Assembly (NCBI GenBank): GCA_045105515.1
Contig: JBGCDR010000036.1
Span: 1 to 64,000, forward strand
Origin: Oligoflexales bacterium
GTDB taxonomy: Bacteria > Bdellovibrionota_B > Oligoflexia > Oligoflexales > Bog-1112
Length of the DNA: 64,000 nucleotides
Direction: 5' to 3'
Both the position numbers and the translations under genes were made by a program. The notes beneath the pieces were generated by a model that was given only the letters and a program-made list of their open reading frames with translations, was not told where the DNA came from and made no database searches. Below, one piece after another: positions 9,980 through 19,374 of the stretch. Within the stretch, counting starts at the first letter, position 1, and every line of letters starts with the position of its first letter.

Positions 9980-10966
9980 TTATACACGGTGAGTTTTGCC
10001 TTCTATATGCCATGGTTCAAATCTAACACCAAATGGGTTATCGTCGGGGTAACGGATATCAATATAGCCCAGGTCAATCAATTTTTTATACTCGTCAGTT
10101 TGGGAGAATTTATTGGTAAAATTTGAGTTACCAAGGCCTTTTTTCCCAACATCAAAATCTCCGACTGAGTGATAAGAATAGCCTGGAGGTGCTAGGGAGC
10201 GTGAAGCTTGAGAGAGATTGTAGTCGGAACGAATTGTTTTGGCTAAGAAAAGGTGGAACTGCTTTACTACTCCTCTAATACCGGAAGTCAGTATAATAGA
10301 CCGTCCCACATCTTTTTTTATTCTTTGGTAAATGGGATAAGAAACGTCTCGATAGAGATAGTGGCCACTAAAGGGAATTTTGATCACTTCTTTGTTTGGT
10401 ATCGCACCAGTGAGGCTTGTTTGAAGTTTTTTGCCATAAAATCCATATTTTTCTGCAGGGAAAAAGAACATTTCCTCAAAGAATTTTAACTCAAGCTTGT
10501 TCAAGGGTTCGAGTCTAGGTGCAGTTTTACTGTAGTAGATGAATTCATCGAAGCTTACCAAATTGAAATTACCATAGCCGATATATCGGCACAGTCGCTG
10601 CAATTTTCTAAAACAACTATGGAACGTTTCTTTTCTCTTAACGTCCAAAATAATATCACCAGGATGAACTTTATCAAAGTTTGTCATCTTTTGTCGAGCT
10701 ACATCACGTTGTCGATGCACAAGATGGGAGTTTTGTTCTTCTTGAGCTGTACTGATTGTTTGGTTCTTGATTTTTGGAATGTGATTGTGACCGATATCAC
10801 CCAGGTCTGTTTTAAGGTGCTTATGTTTCATTGAAGTTTGAATCTTTTTAGGGCCCCAATAATCAAATTTGAGAATTGGGCTAGCGCAACACCCAATGAG
10901 TACTGTAGATCCAGCAAAGGTAGTGCTATGGTCCAACAATTTTTTAATCGCTTCGCGTCGATCCAT
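9980..10966 (-). CDS. M15 (VanY-like) D,D-carboxypeptidase, Tat-exported
   Basis: Twin-arginine MDRREAIK; SGIR...Q, APPGYSYHSVGDFD and FEPWH zinc-peptidase motifs. Confidence 0.9.
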   Translation of the reverse strand: MDRREAIKKLLDHSTTFAGSTVLIGCCASPILKFDYWGPKKIQTSMKHKHLKTDLGDIGHNHIPKIKNQTISTAQEEQNSHLVHRQRDVARQKMTNFDKVHPGDIILDVKRKETFHSCFRKLQRLCRYIGYGNFNLVSFDEFIYYSKTAPRLEPLNKLELKFFEEMFFFPAEKYGFYGKKLQTSLTGAIPNKEVIKIPFSGHYLYRDVSYPIYQRIKKDVGRSIILTSGIRGVVKQFHLFLAKTIRSDYNLSQASRSLAPPGYSYHSVGDFDVGKKGLGNSNFTNKFSQTDEYKKLIDLGYIDIRYPDDNPFGVRFEPWHIEGKTHRV

Positions 10967-11009
10967 GTCCCTCTGACCTGAGCAGGTTTGCTACTTCAAT
11001 ATGCTCCAC

Positions 11010-11036
11010 TTATCGGTAAAGGAGCTAAAAATCTGA
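11010..11036 (-). promoter_or_regulatory. Candidate sigma28 (FliA) promoter of the M15 peptidase
   Basis: Minus strand TCAG-N15-ACCGATAA about 45 bp upstream of the start. Confidence 0.55.
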
Positions 11037-11267
11037 GTTGCGCCTTCTTGGAAGTATGATTCTTTCCTCTATCTATCATAACGGTCATTTTGGGGTAATG
11101 CCATGAACAAATTTTTCCACTTTAGGGGTGATTGTTATTGGTTGAGTTCATTTAACAGCATGATATCTATAATTTATCCAAATAATATTAAGTTTTTATA
11201 AAAAAATATTGAGTTTGGCGGTATTCTTAGCTATACTCTGGACTTTAAAAAATAAAACGGTGCCAGA

Positions 11268-12257
11268 TTGAATTTAAACAACGCAAATAGACCTAGAGAA
11301 AATTTTGAGATCACACCCAGAAGGCCGGTGTGCATATGCCAGGCAATTATTGCACTCTTGTCTATTTTTTTCCTCCTTTGTCTGTCTTCTCTTGAGCCTC
11401 TTCCACCTCCCAAAACAGACTCAGAAAATCCAAGCATTAGCATTTTGACCTATCAGGAACTGCTTAAGACCTTGGTGCCACGAAATCTGCACATAGAGGA
11501 TGAAGGCTTGGTTTTATATCCTAGCCGTCGTTTAGAAGAAGACTCCATACATGATTTGCAGGGAGCTGAAGTAGAAAGGTTATTTTCTGCAATTGAAAGC
11601 GTAAATTCTAGTTTTGGTTTCGAATGTATTTCAAAAATATTTGATTGTGATGAAAGAGAGCTCTCTCCTCGTATTTTTGCTAAATTTGAGTTTAAAGACC
11701 CTTCAGGAAAGCTCCAAGGTGTTCTCGAGCAATCTTTTGTAGTAGAAGGAGATGAGTTTACCAGCAGAATTGAGCATGTTCGTCTTCCTGCGGGAAAACA
11801 GATGAGTAAGCACATTATTCAAGAAACTATAAAAGCCTTGAGTTCCTTGAGTTCAAATCCAAAAAACCGTATTGAATTAGAAGCAGCAAGTGGGAAAAGC
11901 TTAATTGGAGCCTATGTTTGGGCAAAGCGAGGATTTAAGTTCTTACCAGGTGAGCGGAAAGAGTTAGTAGAGCAGCTTATGAGCTATATCCAAAGACTCT
12001 ACCCATTTGAACCTAAAGAAAATGTTTTAGCTTGGGTCAGACAGCTAACACTGGACTGTCCAGAGGATTTTGCAGCAATCTCTCAATATGAAGCGCATAA
12101 ATCAGGATTACTTAAATCAATTCTTGGAAAGTTGCATATTAAGTCATACTTTTACCGTAAGTTTGCCAGAGAGCACTCCAAGCTTGGTCTTGCTTTTCTT
12201 ATGGACCCTAGCGTAGCAGCTCACTGGGAAGGAGAAATGAGAGTAGGAGAGATTTAG
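11268..12257 (+). CDS. Hypothetical protein with N-terminal anchor and a GNAT-like C-terminal region
   Basis: Hydrophobic segment near residues 25-42; RIELEAA...IGAYVWAKRGF resembles the end of a GNAT fold. Confidence 0.55.
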   Translation: MNLNNANRPRENFEITPRRPVCICQAIIALLSIFFLLCLSSLEPLPPPKTDSENPSISILTYQELLKTLVPRNLHIEDEGLVLYPSRRLEEDSIHDLQGAEVERLFSAIESVNSSFGFECISKIFDCDERELSPRIFAKFEFKDPSGKLQGVLEQSFVVEGDEFTSRIEHVRLPAGKQMSKHIIQETIKALSSLSSNPKNRIELEAASGKSLIGAYVWAKRGFKFLPGERKELVEQLMSYIQRLYPFEPKENVLAWVRQLTLDCPEDFAAISQYEAHKSGLLKSILGKLHIKSYFYRKFAREHSKLGLAFLMDPSVAAHWEGEMRVGEI

Positions 12258-12676
12258 GCTGCTTCTACTTCATCCCTTGTTTTTGAGTCCATTAAAGCCT
12301 GATAGTGTTTTTTGAAGAGTGTTTCTTTTTCAAGCTCACTAGCTTTTGCATAGTCAGATTTCTCTACTAAACTGATCACGAGAACAAGTTCCTTTAAAAA
12401 GGATTCTTCTTCGTCTTGTTTGTCGATTAGCTCGTCTGATTTTTGCCCCCACAGTTGCTTGACATGGTACAAGGTGCGAAAGTCTTCGGCTCTGCTATAG
12501 CGATTATCAATTACCTGGTTTATTGCTTCTTCCCATTCTAACTTGTTTTCACTTCTTAACTCTGAATACTTACCAATAATTTCAGTTAAAAATTTGCGAG
12601 TCCTACTGTGCTGTAGAATTTTTTTGCTAGCAAAAAGCAGACCGACGACAGCAAGACCTGCTATGATAAAAAGCAT
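12254..12676 (-). CDS. Hypothetical membrane-anchored helical protein
   Basis: N-terminal TM MLFIIAGLAVVGLLFA followed by a charged helical body; GAGG RBS. Confidence 0.7.
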   Translation of the reverse strand: MLFIIAGLAVVGLLFASKKILQHSRTRKFLTEIIGKYSELRSENKLEWEEAINQVIDNRYSRAEDFRTLYHVKQLWGQKSDELIDKQDEEESFLKELVLVISLVEKSDYAKASELEKETLFKKHYQALMDSKTRDEVEAA

Positions 12677-12829
12677 TTTAAGTGAAGCCTCCGGCAGTTC
12701 ATATTTGGATCAATTAATTTCTTTTTATAACGCTCTGGAATAAATAAAACCTCAGCATCCTCTCATGTTATCACAACATTATAGGAATCAATAAGGACAA
12801 GTCTTCGAGCTCGGAACAGATTAATCTAT

Positions 12830-14110
12830 TTAATAACCTGATATCATTGATTTGATTCGATTTAAACCAAGGCTTACCTGGTCCCATGAAGGTCCAAAAC
12901 TTAGACGAGTGTGATTGCGAAAGCGGCTTGGACGACCATAACGACGCCTACCCGGGTTTATATCAAAAAATTCACCGGGAACAGTAATTAGTTTATTTTT
13001 GAGACCTAGTTCAAAAAAATCTTTGCCATTGTTCATGGGCTCTGGAAGCTGGCTTAGGTTGCCCCATATATAGAAAGTTCCACCTGGCTCAATCTCCACT
13101 TCAATACCTAGGTCTTTAATTCCTTGGAGTAGCAGCTTACGCTTTTTTTTGAAGGCGTATTGTATCGCTAAACTTTCTTGTTCACAGTGTTTTTGCTCGA
13201 GGAGTGGAATTGCAGCCTGCTGTATTGGGTGGCTAGCACCTCCGTCCAGAAAGCTGCCAGCACTAGCTACTGATTCAATGATTTTTTTGGGTCCAACGGT
13301 CCAAGAGATCCTCCAGCCGGGATAACGCCAATTTTTTGTTAAGCCGTCGATGATGATGACTTGGCTGCGATTGACATCGTCTACAAACTCTGCCGCACTT
13401 ACATTTGGATTTTGTTTGTATGAAAGTGATGAATCCCAAATATAGCGGCTATAAAATTCATCAAGAATTAAAGCACAATCGAGATTGTCTGCAACATTAA
13501 CCCAACCTTCAAGCTCTTCTCCGCAGATGAGTTTTCCTGTGGGATTGCAAGGGTTTGATAATAATAGAGCGCCTAGGCCTCGTCCTGCAATTTCTTTGCG
13601 TAGTTCTTTCAGGGAAAATTCGTAATTTCTTTCAGGTTCCAATAAAATTGGTATGGGATTGAAGCTTCTGAATGCGCCCAGGATTTCTTCATATGCAGTA
13701 TAGTCAGGTAGGAAATGACCTAAATTGAGTTGACCAAGAGCGGCAATGACACGGGTCAGTCCTGACCTTCCACCTGGAGAGATTGCGACATTTTCTGCGG
13801 AATATTGTGAACGCATACCTTTGCGATACATGCGATTATAGTAATCTGCAACTGCCTGCCTAAGTTCCCAAACACCTCCTACAGGAGCGTATTCGGTGGT
13901 GACTTCGTCTACCTTGATATTGGTAACTCTTAGTGGACCATGTTCAAGGGGGCCCACCTCAGGTTGCCCCTGTCCAAAGTTTACCCATTCGCTCGGTTCG
14001 TCGAAATATCCAAACTTTCTAGCTTCCGTCATAACATAGATGACTCCCGTCAGAGGCACTGGGCGAAAATTATGTTCATGACCATTCGTTATTTGTAGGT
14101 TGGGTCTCAT
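12830..14110 (-). CDS. PLP-dependent aminotransferase class I/II
   Basis: NPCNPTG, LILDEFY, GLTKNWRYPGWRISW (PLP lysine), RLSF. Confidence 0.93.
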   Translation of the reverse strand: MRPNLQITNGHEHNFRPVPLTGVIYVMTEARKFGYFDEPSEWVNFGQGQPEVGPLEHGPLRVTNIKVDEVTTEYAPVGGVWELRQAVADYYNRMYRKGMRSQYSAENVAISPGGRSGLTRVIAALGQLNLGHFLPDYTAYEEILGAFRSFNPIPILLEPERNYEFSLKELRKEIAGRGLGALLLSNPCNPTGKLICGEELEGWVNVADNLDCALILDEFYSRYIWDSSLSYKQNPNVSAAEFVDDVNRSQVIIIDGLTKNWRYPGWRISWTVGPKKIIESVASAGSFLDGGASHPIQQAAIPLLEQKHCEQESLAIQYAFKKKRKLLLQGIKDLGIEVEIEPGGTFYIWGNLSQLPEPMNNGKDFFELGLKNKLITVPGEFFDINPGRRRYGRPSRFRNHTRLSFGPSWDQVSLGLNRIKSMISGY

Positions 14111-14259
14111 GTTTTCTCAAGTATCTTTAGGGTTAAGGAAGAGGAAAAGGCTAAAGATCGAGCCTATTTTATTGGTGGTATTATAGCAGAAGAAAGGCCA
14201 GAGTGAACACGCATTTTTTGCCATATTTGCTCTATTTGAAAGAGTATGATGCTAGATCA

Positions 14260-14961
14260 TCAATTCCATTTCAGAGGGATTTTTTTAGTAATCTCAGTAC
14301 GGTCTAGTGAGTTGCAAGATCTATATATTAGGATCTCAAGTCCATCTTTATGTGCTGCCTTTAGTGCTTTTGCGTAAGTCGGATCAATTTCTTGAGCAGG
14401 TCGAAAGTGAGAGCCTTCTGGTCTATTGACCAAGTAAAACATTGCAGCCCGGTTTCCGAGGGCATGCTGTTTACTCAGTTCTTTTAGATGCTTTAACCCC
14501 CGTTCTGTCACAGCATCAGGAAAAATAACATCGTTTTTAGATAAAAGAGTTACATTTTTTATTTCTACATAACAGGGAGGCATATTGTTTGCTTCAAGTA
14601 AAATGTCGATGCGTGAACGGTCCCCGTAACGAACTTCCGTGCGCAATGACTCATACCCTTTCAGTTCGGGAACCAAACCCCTCTCAATAGCATCAACAAC
14701 AACCCGGTTGGGCCTATGGGTATTGATACCAATGAATCCCTCTTGTGTTTCAGTGAGCTCCCAGGTGTATGACAGTTTTCTTGTTGGCGAATTGTGATGG
14801 CTTAAGTAAACGCGGTCACCAGCAGAACCACAAGTTTTCATGCTGCCAGTATTTGGGCAATGAGCAGTGACTTGCTTACCGCAGTCAAGGTGAACATCTG
14901 CGAGAAAGCGTTTGTAACGTTTTATTAATGTGGCAGGAATCAGTGGTTGCTCAAAATTCAA
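14260..14961 (-). CDS. sfsA: DNA/RNA nuclease SfsA
   Basis: LIKRYKRFLADV, AHCPNTGSM, SRIDILL, YVEIKNVTL, FPDAVTERGLKHL. Confidence 0.96.
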   Translation of the reverse strand: MNFEQPLIPATLIKRYKRFLADVHLDCGKQVTAHCPNTGSMKTCGSAGDRVYLSHHNSPTRKLSYTWELTETQEGFIGINTHRPNRVVVDAIERGLVPELKGYESLRTEVRYGDRSRIDILLEANNMPPCYVEIKNVTLLSKNDVIFPDAVTERGLKHLKELSKQHALGNRAAMFYLVNRPEGSHFRPAQEIDPTYAKALKAAHKDGLEILIYRSCNSLDRTEITKKIPLKWN

Positions 14962-16486
14962 GGCCTATCCTTTCAAGCTCAAGTAATTGTCTTTGGGAGG
15001 CTAATTCGAAGCCATACTTTGCTAATTTTACAAGGTACACCGAATGCCTTTCCCTTAATCGTTGTAAGGTTCCTTTGTATGCAAGCTCCACGAGGTTCGT
15101 TCTAATCTTATATTTCATTGGGGAGCCAGCCATAGCTTTCGCACATTCTTCGTGTGGTTGAAAGATTAAAAAGTCAACATTGTGATATTTAGCGGTAATA
15201 TGATCGAGTGCTACTTGAAAGCGTGAGTTGACCAAAGTCTTAATGGTTTGAATGAGGGTATACACTCCGCCCTTCTTATCTACTTCTCCCGGTTCCCATG
15301 AAGCATAGGGGCGCATGGGATCGATAATAAAGATGAGATTGCAGCCATTTTTGACTACAAGCTCAAGATTGCATGTCCTGGTGATCAAGCCATCAATGAA
15401 ATGGTGATTTTGAATCTTGCAGGGGGTGAAAAAGGGAGGAAGAGAGCATGAAGCTCGCACTGCTTCGCTGATATCCACCTGGTCCCATTGACCAGTTCCG
15501 AAAACTACATGTTCAAAGGTGTCTTGATTTGTTGCGCCAATAAAAAGCTTATTGTCCAAGGTTGCAAACTGATCATCACTACCATAGCTTGCTAGAGTAT
15601 CATGGATGAATTTCTTCAGTTTATCTCCCTTGAAAAAGCCTGTAGGTATAGAGCGAATTGCCTTTTGTGCCCATTTATATGGATCAGAGCCTCCCCAGGA
15701 AAGTGTTTGCTTCATAAAGCGCCTAGTGATGTCAGTAAAGGCTATATCGTATATGAGGCTTCCTTTGATTTGAGGCAAAGTTTCAGATTTTCCTAGGAAG
15801 GACTTGATCATTTCTTCAAGGGGGACTTTTGCTGCAAGTGCAGACGAAACAATCGAACCGCTGCTAATCCCGGAATAGACATCACAATCGTTTAACGATC
15901 TTCCTGAAAGTGCTCGCTCAAGAGCATAGCAAACTCCTGTCTGATAAAGGAAGCCTTCCATCCCACCCCCGCTCATGGCGCAGCCGACTTTATACTCGTT
16001 GCGGGCGTGGTCTTGCGTAAGGATCTTGGTGATCCATCTTAGTGATTGGGCTAAGGTACGGGGAGCAACCTGAACATCTCTAACATGCTCTCGGCCTAAG
16101 AGGAAAGTTTTGTGTGTTGCATTTTCCCCTCCTTCAAGAATGGCTACTGCTCGGCTGAGTGGAAAGTGAAAGTCTGGCCCCCAAAGCTGGGCCAAGGAGT
16201 CAACGTCTTCTTTTATTGATGTAAATGCTTCTACTGCATCCACACCACCTTCTCGCTCATCATAAATAAGCAGGTCCACCGGGTGCTGGCGAAGGTGGGG
16301 AGTTACCGCATCGAGCTGCGAAAGTAAGTGGAGTCTTAGTTCTAAGGCGCCAAGAGAGGGATGTTGAATTTTAAAGCATTCAGCAAAGGATCGGTCATTG
16401 ATAGCTTGGGCTTCAAGCCGAGAAAGGTTCGCTTTTGCCTTATTTATCTGGGGAGGAGAGGCGACTAGTAATAAGTAATAACGCAA
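14951..16486 (-). CDS. Patatin-like phospholipase with an N-terminal receiver-like extension
   Basis: SGGGMEG oxyanion loop, GISSG nucleophile elbow, RASCSLP, IDGL; N-terminal PVDLLIYD segment. Confidence 0.88.
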   Translation of the reverse strand: MRYYLLLVASPPQINKAKANLSRLEAQAINDRSFAECFKIQHPSLGALELRLHLLSQLDAVTPHLRQHPVDLLIYDEREGGVDAVEAFTSIKEDVDSLAQLWGPDFHFPLSRAVAILEGGENATHKTFLLGREHVRDVQVAPRTLAQSLRWITKILTQDHARNEYKVGCAMSGGGMEGFLYQTGVCYALERALSGRSLNDCDVYSGISSGSIVSSALAAKVPLEEMIKSFLGKSETLPQIKGSLIYDIAFTDITRRFMKQTLSWGGSDPYKWAQKAIRSIPTGFFKGDKLKKFIHDTLASYGSDDQFATLDNKLFIGATNQDTFEHVVFGTGQWDQVDISEAVRASCSLPPFFTPCKIQNHHFIDGLITRTCNLELVVKNGCNLIFIIDPMRPYASWEPGEVDKKGGVYTLIQTIKTLVNSRFQVALDHITAKYHNVDFLIFQPHEECAKAMAGSPMKYKIRTNLVELAYKGTLQRLRERHSVYLVKLAKYGFELASQRQLLELERIGLEF

Positions 16487-16489
16487 TGC

Positions 16490-18358
16490 TTACTCTCCAA
16501 TAGGTTTTACTTTTTGAACATAACCTTCTAGGGTTTGGGAGTTGACGTAACCGCTTAAGCGTATCATGTCTTTCGTTTGTTTAGGGTCTGCAAGAATTAT
16601 TAGGGTGGGAAGCCCTTGGACTTTGTAGCGCTCTTGGATTTCATCGTTCTCATCGGTTGATTCTGTCAAGTCTAGCTTAAGGAGAACCCATTTATGCTTG
16701 TTAAGTTTTTCAATGGTTTGAGGGTTTGAAAAGGTTGTGATATCCATTTTTTTGCAAGCCTCACACCATTCTGCCCACATATCAATAAGCAGAGGCCTCC
16801 CAGTTTTGCTTGCAAGTTCTATTGCTTCTTGTTCATTCTTTATCCAATTTAGCTTGGTTCGGGAAGCCGAAGACTGTTCTGTGGCTATCCATTGACTTAC
16901 CGAGAAAAATCCAATTCCCAGTAGGAAGCTAGGAACAATCATGGCAGCCTTATTATTATGAAGGGCAGCAGTGCTTAGAATGATTATGGCTCCTACGCCC
17001 CCTAGACTCAGTCCTATGATGCTAAATGGAAGCCAATAAGTGGATAAGGTTTTAAGCATTTGATATGCGGGTACTCTTAAATAATAAAATGCTAAAGCGA
17101 ACATGATTGAAGCGAATAGGATCTTGATTCCAACCTGCCATTTTGGAGAAACCCGCACCTGTGATAAGCGAGCTGCAGCACTGCCTAAAAAAACATATGG
17201 GAGACCAAAGCCTATGCTATAAACAACAAGGAGTAGGCTAGATTGAAGCATATCTTTTTGAGTTGCGCTGTACGCCAAAAGTGCTGCCAAAATGGGTCCC
17301 GTACAAGGAGATGCAACTAAGCCTGCTCCAGTCCCCATAATAAACGCATTTGCTGGACCAGCTTTTCCGGTTCCAATACGATTACCGATGTTTTGGAGAA
17401 AAGATAGGTTACCATAACCAAGCATGGTTGTTCCCAAAGCGAGCATAATAGCTGCAAATGTGAGATTGAAGCTAGCGCTAGCCATGAGATTTCCAAACAT
17501 TGAGCCAGTCATTGCTGCGAATATTCCTAGAGCAGAATAGGTGACGATGATTCCTAGGGCATAAGCACTTGCCCCGATGATAGGTTTGTCCCCTTGGCTT
17601 GACAAAAGCCTAATTGTGATCGGAATCATGGGATATACGCAGGGAGTTAGATTCGTTAGGATTCCGCCAATAAACACAAATGTGAAAAGAAGCAGGAGTG
17701 GAAGAGAGCCTGTCTTAACCTGATTCGCAATATTTTCTTCGAAGCCAACCGGCGTTTCATAGATGGTAGGACTATCAGTTGATACAGGTGTTGCTTGCGC
17801 GGATGCCTTGGCTTTGTTTGAAGCGTTTTTGCTATTGTTAAATAAGCTAGCATAGGAGTCATTGCCCGGAAAGACTGGCAACGAGAAAGTTTCAGTGTAG
17901 GGGAAAAGGCAGATTAATGTGGTACAGCCTAGGTAGCGGATTGAGAGTGGAAAGGACTTTTTATCGTAAGCTTGTGGGCCGCTAAATAAGAGGAAAAACT
18001 CGCCTCCAGCATAAACCTTCACCACTTTTCCGCTAATTGGGTCTTTGAGGTCTGAGGTTTGCGGGCCTTGGATATTGGATAGCAGATATCCACTTGAACT
18101 TTCAAAGTCAACTTTGTCGGTGTAGAGGGTAAAGTCCTGCTCGGTATCAAGGCGAATGGAAACGAGAACACTCCCATCCGGATAAGCATTGGCTCCAGCC
18201 ATTTGCCAGTGAATCACATCAGTGGGTCGAATATCGGTTTCAGTGGGCTCTAAGTCTAGGTTTAAATCTAGGGGTGCGGTGTTTGATTGGGCGAAGGCCG
18301 AAGCTGTAACGGATACAGCGATTAGCAAACATTGTAAGATTCGAATGGAAAATAACAT
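16490..18358 (-). CDS. dsbD: Thiol:disulfide interchange protein DsbD
   Basis: Signal peptide, N-domain GCTTLIC, TM-domain LTPCVYPMIP and SPCTGP, thioredoxin WCEAC. Confidence 0.93.
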   Translation of the reverse strand: MLFSIRILQCLLIAVSVTASAFAQSNTAPLDLNLDLEPTETDIRPTDVIHWQMAGANAYPDGSVLVSIRLDTEQDFTLYTDKVDFESSSGYLLSNIQGPQTSDLKDPISGKVVKVYAGGEFFLLFSGPQAYDKKSFPLSIRYLGCTTLICLFPYTETFSLPVFPGNDSYASLFNNSKNASNKAKASAQATPVSTDSPTIYETPVGFEENIANQVKTGSLPLLLLFTFVFIGGILTNLTPCVYPMIPITIRLLSSQGDKPIIGASAYALGIIVTYSALGIFAAMTGSMFGNLMASASFNLTFAAIMLALGTTMLGYGNLSFLQNIGNRIGTGKAGPANAFIMGTGAGLVASPCTGPILAALLAYSATQKDMLQSSLLLVVYSIGFGLPYVFLGSAAARLSQVRVSPKWQVGIKILFASIMFALAFYYLRVPAYQMLKTLSTYWLPFSIIGLSLGGVGAIIILSTAALHNNKAAMIVPSFLLGIGFFSVSQWIATEQSSASRTKLNWIKNEQEAIELASKTGRPLLIDMWAEWCEACKKMDITTFSNPQTIEKLNKHKWVLLKLDLTESTDENDEIQERYKVQGLPTLIILADPKQTKDMIRLSGYVNSQTLEGYVQKVKPIGE

Positions 18359-18616
18359 GTTTATATGCCTCCTTTGTCGGTCTTTTCGGCTAGAATAGCA
18401 GCTTTTCCTTGGAAGAAAAACCTAGTGATTTAGGCAGATTAAGCAGCAGTGCTGATCTTAGCTTATTTCCTTTAATAAAGCTCGTTAGTTAGCCACCTTT
18501 AGCTTGCAACACCCTCATGTCTAACACTCCCTGCTCTGAAAAGAAATCACCTTAAACAAAAAATACCATTAAAACGGTAAGATAATCACATTTGGGATTT
18601 TTTTCACCAAGGATAG

Positions 18617-18645
18617 TTGACGAAACGCTTTAGTTTCATTAAAAG
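18617..18645 (+). promoter_or_regulatory. Candidate sigma70 promoter of rplX
   Basis: TTGACG-N17-TAAAAG about 75 bp upstream of the rplX start. Confidence 0.4.
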
Positions 18646-18721
18646 TACTTGTCTTACGTGGCAAAAAATAATGTAGCTACACTAGAAACAGCAACCTGAG
18701 AATCATCATTGGAAGCCATCA

Positions 18722-19054
18722 ATGAGCAATCAAAAGTACTTAGTAAAAACCAAATTTCGCAAAGGTGACGAAGTTGTAGTCATATCCGGTAGTTCCAAAG
18801 GTCAGACCGGCACTATCGATCGTCTAGATCGCAAAAACAATAAGGTGTTTGTAAGCGGGATCAATGTCCGTAAGCGCCACCTTAAGCCAGATGCTAGTAA
18901 CCCAGATGGCGGAATTGTTGACAAGACTTTGCCTGTCCATTTAAGCAATGTTGCTATTGTTGATCCAAAGACTAAGAAGCCAAGTCGAATTGGTTTTAAA
19001 GTTGAGGAAGGCAAGAAAATTAGAGTTTCAAGAACTTCTGGAAGTTCTCTCTAG
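18722..19054 (+). CDS. rplX: 50S ribosomal protein L24
   Basis: KOW motif RKGDEVVVISGSSKGQTG, GINVRKRHLKP, GGIVDK..PVHLSNV, RIGFK. Confidence 0.96.
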   Translation: MSNQKYLVKTKFRKGDEVVVISGSSKGQTGTIDRLDRKNNKVFVSGINVRKRHLKPDASNPDGGIVDKTLPVHLSNVAIVDPKTKKPSRIGFKVEEGKKIRVSRTSGSSL

Positions 19055-19113
19055 GTAACTGAGCTGTTTTTTCGATCCTTCATCAAACCTATTTGTGTAT
19101 TAGATGCCTTTTG

Positions 19114-19374
19114 GAGATCTCTCGATTCGCTCTGTTCACCCGAGATGGCGGAGTTTAATCGTGCTATTTCAAATCTATCAAAGCTAAAATAAATCTCATA
19201 AGCATAGCTGGTGGCATATAAAAATTCCTCGAGCTTATGCGTTCTCAATATGGCCGATGCGCAGAAAAGTCATGCCCCGAATAGCAAACGCAAAGTCATG
19301 CTGACCGAGATGTGGCTATGCCACCGATTCGCTCTATGTCATGCCGACCGGCCTTAGGAGTGGAGGTGTCTCCC
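19114..19374. repeat. Cluster of degenerate REP-like palindromic elements
   Basis: GAGATCTCTCGATTCGCTCT...CGAGATGGC; three GTCATGC starts (19269, 19295, 19338); CGATTCGCTCT at both 19123 and 19325; lies between convergent genes. Confidence 0.6.

Noticed and set aside
19051..19248. 65-aa minus-strand ORF after rplX
   Set aside because: Overlaps the REP-like cluster, no RBS or family signal
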